Shown one piece after another: positions 58,548 to 64,000 of a stretch of 64,000 bases of DNA; the first letter of the stretch is position 1, and the number at the start of each line of letters is the position of its first letter. The notes under the pieces are model-generated. The model was not told the DNA's origin and did not search any database. It saw only the letters and a program-made list of their open reading frames with translations. Source of the stretch: Gammaproteobacteria bacterium (GTDB lineage: Bacteria > Pseudomonadota > Gammaproteobacteria > SZUA-229); the NCBI GenBank assembly GCA_030148865.1, contig JASBSR010000007.1:642-64641 (forward strand), written 5' to 3'. The position numbers and the translations under genes are program-made.

Positions 58548-59171
58548 ATGCTATCAGCGCGCGAAGCCCTGCAACGTTTACAGGACGGCAATCGCCGTTT
58601 TGTCTCTGATCTCGATGGTGGTGCGGCCACCACTGGCCAGATTCGGCGCAGCGGACTGGCAGCCGCGCAGGAGCCAATGGCAATCATTCTGGGTTGCTCG
58701 GATTCACGTGTCCCTGCCGAAATCGTGTTCGATCAGGGTCTGGGTGATCTGTTTGTTATCCGTGTGGCGGGCAATATTGTTGCGCCTTCGCAGGTGGGCA
58801 GTGTCGAATTCGCCGCCGAACAATTCGGCACCCGGCTGGTGGTGGTGCTCGGGCATTCCACGTGTGGTGCGATTCAGGCCACACTCGATGATTTGCAGCG
58901 TCCAGCACAATCCCGGTCACCGAATTTGCATTCTATCGTCGACCGCATTCGTCCGGCGTTGCAAAGTCTGATGGATACGGATCTCAAAAACGATCCGGAA
59001 AGTTTATTGAACCATGCAGTGCGTGCTAATATTCTCGCCTCGGCCAGCCATCTGCGTCACGGTTCACAGATTCTCGAACGCCTGATCCAGGAAGATGGTC
59101 TGATGGTGGTGGGTGCAGAATATTCGCTGGACACCGGTGTGGTTGATTTTTTTGACGGTGTACCTGAATAG
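58548..59171 (+). CDS. Beta-class carbonic anhydrase
   Basis: GN.RF, GCSDSRV, GDLFVIRVAGN, LGHSTCGA zinc ligands. Confidence 0.95.
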   Translation: MLSAREALQRLQDGNRRFVSDLDGGAATTGQIRRSGLAAAQEPMAIILGCSDSRVPAEIVFDQGLGDLFVIRVAGNIVAPSQVGSVEFAAEQFGTRLVVVLGHSTCGAIQATLDDLQRPAQSRSPNLHSIVDRIRPALQSLMDTDLKNDPESLLNHAVRANILASASHLRHGSQILERLIQEDGLMVVGAEYSLDTGVVDFFDGVPE

Positions 59172-59455
59172 TCGCTTAATGTTTGATAAACGGCTGCTTA
59201 ACTATCACGCAAGATTCGGGTCGTTGTCTGTCTTCAGAGAACACACACTATTCAGCAAAGTGAACATATTGGTGAATATCATTACGCCACGGTTTGCAAG
59301 CATGCCTGCATATTTGAAGAATGGCGCAGTGTTAATATGGATAAGTGATTGTCATGATTTAGTCACCGCTATGTCACACCCAGGTAATGACTGTGCTTTT
59401 ATAATCTCTGTTCAAGTCATCAATGGAAGATGATTAAATTGTACTAAACAGGCCA

Positions 59456-61261
59456 ATGCAATCAACATGGCGCGTGATTATGACAGCCTCACTTACAGCA
59501 GTAGATAAATGTCACCACATAGAAACACCTAAAGAAATTAGCGCTAATGCAACTGTAAATGCATTACTGAAATACGTTGATCCCGTCTCCCCCGATGTGT
59601 CAATGACGCAGGTCTTTGAGCTATTTCTGGCTCAGCCTGAACTCCATGCTATACCTGTAGTAATTAATGAATCTCCTTTGGGTTTGATAACACGATCCGG
59701 TTTCATTGAGTTCTTTAGTAAACCTTATGCGCGGTCACTATATGGCTCAAAGCCAATAAGCAAGTTTGAGTTTAATGACTCAATTATTGTCGATCATAAT
59801 GAATCGATTGATGATCTGGCGAGAATTATCATAGATGCAGGCATGCAGCATATGTATGACGGGTTTATTATTACCCGTAACGAGCGATACGTTGGGATGG
59901 GTACAGGCCATGATTTGCTGAATGAAATTACTGAGCGAAAACAGGCACATTTATATTATCTGGCACACTATGACCAGCTCACTGGCCTGCCAAACAGGCT
60001 GCTATTAATGGACAGACTGATGCATGCCTGTGCGCAGGGCGAAAGAGATCAGCGTCTGATGGCGGTAATATTTCTCGATATTGATCGTTTTAAGCTAATT
60101 AATGACAGTTATGGACATCATCTGGGTGATGAGCTGCTCAAAGCGGTTACCACTTTGTTGCAATCGTGTTTGCGCGCTAGCGATACTGTAGCCAGGCTTG
60201 GCGGCGACGAGTTTATAATTATTCTCGAAGGTGTAAAGCACCTGGACAATGTGACTCACGTTGCTCAAAAAATTATCGAAGTCTTTTCCACGCCGTTAAC
60301 TATACAGCACCATGAACTACGGGTGAGTTCCAGTATTGGTATCGTTTTGTATCCATTTGGTGATGAAAGTTGTGAGGGCTTGCTGAAAATGGCTGATGTA
60401 GCCATGTATCACGCAAAAAACAAGGGCGGCAACGGCTATCAATACTATTCGCATAAGATGAGCGAGTCAGTCTATGATCGTCTGTATATTGAAGATAGTC
60501 TGCGCAAAGCGCTTGATCAGAATTGTCTGTCACTTCACTATCAGCCGCAAATTGAGATAAAAACTGGCGATATTGTTGGTCTGGAAGCACTTGTACGTTG
60601 GCATCATCCGAAGATGGGTGCAGTAGCGCCTTCAGTTTTCATACCAATTGCCGAAGAAAGCGGACTGATAATTCCATTGGGTGAGCGTGTACTGCGAATG
60701 GCCTGTGAGCAAAACAAGAGATGGCAACAGGCGGGTTACGTCCCGGTAAAAATAGCTGTAAATCTGTCTGCCTGCCAAATGCGGCGTGATTTGCCCGTTC
60801 TGGTTCAGGCGGTTCTGGATGAAACCGGGCTGGATGCCAAATATCTTGAGCTGGAACTGACAGAAAATATTTTGCTGGAAAATGTCGAAGAGTCTATTGC
60901 GATTTTGCGTGAGCTTAGTGATATAGGTGTGCAGGCATCGATAGATGATTTTGGTACTGGATATTCGTCCTTAAGTTATTTGCAGCGGCTGCCCATCGAT
61001 ACGCTTAAAATAGATGCTTCATTTCTGAAAAACATACAGACATTGAACGATGATATTACGGTTGTTACTACCATTATTGCTATGGGCAAAAATATGAGGC
61101 TCAATGTTATTGCGGAAGGCGTTGAAACCCAGTTGCAACTCGATATGCTGCGTGTGCATCAATGTGATCAGGCGCAAGGCTACTTGATTAGCCATCCCTT
61201 AGCTGCCGAAAAAATAGCGCAGCTGTTTTCGGATACGCCATCTGTTACCAGAGCCGTATAG
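59456..61261 (+). CDS. CBS-pair GGDEF-EAL c-di-GMP enzyme
   Basis: CBS-like N-terminus, D.LTGLPNR, RASD I-site, GGDEF, EAL, DDFGTGYSS, KID, AEGVE. Confidence 0.92.
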   Translation: MQSTWRVIMTASLTAVDKCHHIETPKEISANATVNALLKYVDPVSPDVSMTQVFELFLAQPELHAIPVVINESPLGLITRSGFIEFFSKPYARSLYGSKPISKFEFNDSIIVDHNESIDDLARIIIDAGMQHMYDGFIITRNERYVGMGTGHDLLNEITERKQAHLYYLAHYDQLTGLPNRLLLMDRLMHACAQGERDQRLMAVIFLDIDRFKLINDSYGHHLGDELLKAVTTLLQSCLRASDTVARLGGDEFIIILEGVKHLDNVTHVAQKIIEVFSTPLTIQHHELRVSSSIGIVLYPFGDESCEGLLKMADVAMYHAKNKGGNGYQYYSHKMSESVYDRLYIEDSLRKALDQNCLSLHYQPQIEIKTGDIVGLEALVRWHHPKMGAVAPSVFIPIAEESGLIIPLGERVLRMACEQNKRWQQAGYVPVKIAVNLSACQMRRDLPVLVQAVLDETGLDAKYLELELTENILLENVEESIAILRELSDIGVQASIDDFGTGYSSLSYLQRLPIDTLKIDASFLKNIQTLNDDITVVTTIIAMGKNMRLNVIAEGVETQLQLDMLRVHQCDQAQGYLISHPLAAEKIAQLFSDTPSVTRAV

Positions 61262-61597
61262 TAGAACACGGTCTGTTACCCGCCTGATAGAAAATAAAAA
61301 GCGACCTTATCCCGGTCGTGCTGACTGCCTGCATGGAAAAAACACAGGATTGACTATCCATTTGGGAGGGATCGAAAAGGAAAACACTACCTCTTTAGTG
61401 TCTGAACTAAGCAATTAATGGATAGCGATTATCTTGCTTGAGGCACACTTGCTGATTCCTGCGGCGTTTGATTATTAATATTGATTGTTTCGATATTAAA
61501 TACAAAAAAATATCGCTTTACTGTTATTAATTCTGACTTATAAAGTAACAATTAATGATGCATATGAAGTAACACGCAGTAAAGTATCGGAGGCCAG

Positions 61598-61933
61598 ATG
61601 ATATCAGATAATATGAAGTATGTACGTGATGCCGAAGGTTACATTGTTCAGCCAGCAGACTGGGATGAAAACTTTGCCCGAAAACTGGCCGCAGAGGAAG
61701 GCCTTGAGCTCGACGATAATTACTGGTCAATACTCTGCTTTATGCGTGGATACTGGCAGCAAAATAATGTTGCGCCTGATGTGCGTCATGTCACCAGGCA
61801 TCTGGTAGAAGCGCATGGCTATGACAAAAAGAAAGCCAAGCAACACCTTTTTGAACTCTTTCCTTATGGCTATGTTAAGCAGGCGTGCAAGGTCGCTGGT
61901 ATGCAGCGGCCTCGCGCCTGGAGTACAGGTTAA
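61598..61933 (+). CDS. DsrC/TusE-family protein lacking the terminal Cys (RspA type)
   Basis: D.EGYI...DW, LFPYGYVKQACKVAGMQRPRAWSTG; RBS ggagg. Confidence 0.88.
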   Translation: MISDNMKYVRDAEGYIVQPADWDENFARKLAAEEGLELDDNYWSILCFMRGYWQQNNVAPDVRHVTRHLVEAHGYDKKKAKQHLFELFPYGYVKQACKVAGMQRPRAWSTG

Positions 61934-62136
61934 ATGGGGATAATACGCGCTCGCCTGATCCGTTTCAGATCTGTTCGTCAGATAAAACCAGTAGAGCAGG
62001 TGATCTTTCTACAACATACCCGATAGCGAATATGAAAATAATTTTTTACTTTTAGTGCGCGACAAAAATATATGCCATGCCATTCGCGTGATAGAGCTTT
62101 ATTTTATATGGTTGTAAACCAGAGGAGAACAGATTA

Positions 62137-63375
62137 GTGAAAACGCAGCATAAAACACCTAACCTGGATCAGCTAGAAAGTGGCCCATGGCCCAGTTTTG
62201 TTACCGGCTTCAAGCGTCTGGCAGAAAAAAACGACATGATGGCTGATCTGCTCGGTCAGCTTGAGCACTCATATGAGAATAAAAAAGGTTACTGGAAAGG
62301 TGGAACGATATCGGTTATGGGTTACGGTGGCGGCGTGATTCCGCGCTTCTCTGAGGTTGCTGACAAGTTTCCAGCTTCCGCAGAGTTTCATACACTGCGA
62401 ATTATGCCGCCACCGGGCCTGCACTATGATACCGATATTCTTCGCAAGTTCTGTGACATATGGGATGAACACGGTTCTGGCCTGCTTGCGCTACACGGTC
62501 AAAGTGGTGATATGATGTTTCAGGGTTGCAGTAGCGAAAATGTTCAGGGGGCATTCGATGCTATCAATGAACTGGGCTTTGATATGGGTGGCGCCGGTCC
62601 ATCGGTGCGTACTTCGATGTCCTGCGTTGGTGCGGCACGTTGTGAACACTCCTGTTTTAATGAAGCAGTAGCACACCGCACGGTAATGAATTCATTTACC
62701 GATGATTTGCATCGTCCTGCTCTGCCTTATAAGTTTAAATTTAAATTTTCCGGTTGTCCTAACGACTGCATGAATTCAGTGCAGCGTGCCGACATGGCGG
62801 TTATTGGAACCTGGCGTGATGATATTCAGATTAAACAGGACGAAGTTAAGGCATTCGTCCAGACCCGGGGCCGTCAATATACTGTTGATAATGTCACTTC
62901 GCGCTGCCCGACACAGTGCATGACACTGAATGCTGATGACAGTATAAGCATCGACAATCGAAATTGTGTGCGTTGCATGCATTGCATTAATGTTATGACA
63001 AAGGCGCTTTCGCCGGGTAAGGATCGTGGTGTCACTATTCTGTTGGGTGGAAAGCGTACATTAAAAATCGGTGACCTGTTTGGAACCGTCATCGTGCCGT
63101 TTAAGAAACTGGAAACCGAGGAGGATTATACTGGTCTTGTAGAGCTTGCCGAAACGATTATTGATTTCTGGGCGGAAAATGGCCTCGAACACGAACGCTG
63201 CGGTGAGATGATAGAACGTATTGGGTTTGCCACTTTTCTCGAAGGGGTGGGTATCGAGGCTGAGCCCGCAATGCTGGCGCAACCCAGAAGTAATTCGTTT
63301 ATCCGAATGGACACCTGGGATGAAGAGGCCGATAAGTGGAAACAGCGTCACGCTGAAAAAGCAGGAGTCAAATAA
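62137..63375 (+). CDS. dsrA: Dissimilatory sulfite reductase alpha subunit (oxidative type)
   Basis: LDQLESGPWPSFV, GYWKGG, EFHTLR, CVGAARCEHSC, YKFKFKFSGCPNDC, CVRCMHC, EHERCGE. Confidence 0.96.
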   Translation: MKTQHKTPNLDQLESGPWPSFVTGFKRLAEKNDMMADLLGQLEHSYENKKGYWKGGTISVMGYGGGVIPRFSEVADKFPASAEFHTLRIMPPPGLHYDTDILRKFCDIWDEHGSGLLALHGQSGDMMFQGCSSENVQGAFDAINELGFDMGGAGPSVRTSMSCVGAARCEHSCFNEAVAHRTVMNSFTDDLHRPALPYKFKFKFSGCPNDCMNSVQRADMAVIGTWRDDIQIKQDEVKAFVQTRGRQYTVDNVTSRCPTQCMTLNADDSISIDNRNCVRCMHCINVMTKALSPGKDRGVTILLGGKRTLKIGDLFGTVIVPFKKLETEEDYTGLVELAETIIDFWAENGLEHERCGEMIERIGFATFLEGVGIEAEPAMLAQPRSNSFIRMDTWDEEADKWKQRHAEKAGVK

Positions 63376-64000
63376 TGCAAAAACATATACGTCAGGCAAT
63401 TGAAAGTGGAGTACCGGATTCATTCTCTTTTATGCATCCCCTGATGCGAAAAAATTATGGCCAATGGGACTGGCACGAACGACCACGTCCTGGGGTATTG
63501 CATCATGTATCTCTTTATGGTGATGAAATATGGACAGTACGCGCGGGCACACAAAGGCAGATGGACACCGACACGATTCGTGAGCTGTGTGAAATTGCTG
63601 ATGAATATGCTGATGGTTACGTGCGTTTTACGATCCGTAGCAATATTGAGTTCATGCTGGCTGATGGTAGCCGAGTCGCATCACTGATCGACAAGTTGCT
63701 CGAGCAGGGTTTTCCGGTGGGTGGTACTGGTAATGCAGTATCAATGATTGCTCATACGCAAGGTTTTTTACACTGTGATATTCCCGCGACCGATGCCTCA
63801 GGTGTGGCCAAGTCCATTATGGATTCGTTGCATGATGAATTTATCAATGAGCGCATGCCAAATCGTGTGCGACTTTCCACTTCCTGCTGCCAGATCAATT
63901 GTGGTGGACAGGCAGATATCTCGATTAATATTCAGCATACCAAACCGCCTATGATCAATCACGACCTGGTGGCCAATATCTGTGAACGTCCCTCGGTAGT
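63375..64000 (+). CDS. dsrB: Dissimilatory sulfite reductase beta subunit (3'-truncated by the window)
   Basis: TAATG overlap with dsrA. Hand translation IESGVPD...NYGQWDWHERPRPGVLHH...VRFTIRSNIEF...HTQGFLHCDIPATDASG...TSCCQINCGGQADI. Confidence 0.95.
   Translation, partial: MQKHIRQAIESGVPDSFSFMHPLMRKNYGQWDWHERPRPGVLHHVSLYGDEIWTVRAGTQRQMDTDTIRELCEIADEYADGYVRFTIRSNIEFMLADGSRVASLIDKLLEQGFPVGGTGNAVSMIAHTQGFLHCDIPATDASGVAKSIMDSLHDEFINERMPNRVRLSTSCCQINCGGQADISINIQHTKPPMINHDLVANICERPSV

Noticed and set aside
61354..61425. 9-bp inverted repeat ctatccatt / aatggatag upstream of the DsrC-like gene
   Set aside because: The arms are about 55 bp apart in AT-rich DNA, which is compatible with chance; no riboswitch or operator consensus was recognised.
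61598..64000. Phage-borne dsrC/dsrA auxiliary genes
   Set aside because: No phage genes are in the window, dsrB is present, and the context is chromosomal.

Overview
A 64-kb chromosomal window from a sulfur-oxidising gammaproteobacterium, inferred from oxidative-type dsrA and a partial dsrB at the right edge. The left half is mostly core housekeeping genes (rnr, rlmB, recJ, pyrD, roxA, purB, fumC, mltD, rnhA, dnaQ, nhaD, smpB, ratA, rnfH, bamE, fur, relA, mlaA, lpxB, rnhB, dnaE). The right half is more accessory: a ClC channel, a czcCBA-type metal efflux unit with a PII-like gene, TPMT, an M16C peptidase, an RND pump, an Atm1-like ABC exporter, a beta-carbonic anhydrase, a CBS-GGDEF-EAL protein and a one-Cys DsrC-like gene ahead of dsrAB. 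The best candidate for an undescribed system is 46.1-51.0 kb. It holds a CxxC DsrE-like protein, a decayed formyltransferase, a stand-alone AmmeMemoRadiSam-type radical SAM enzyme with a Cys-rich tail and a YggX-family protein. These face an A-type Fe-S carrier with an unusual CxxC tail, an ATP-grasp ligase and an alpha/beta hydrolase; together they look like a sulfur-relay or Fe-S-dependent biosynthetic module (inference). Also notable: two copies of a MITE-like element with terminal inverted repeats, several nested palindromic repeat families, at least six small pseudogenes among intact large genes, and lpxB inverted relative to rnhB-dnaE. No rRNA, tRNA, CRISPR array, integrase or transposase was found. 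All family calls come from motif recognition by eye, not database searches.
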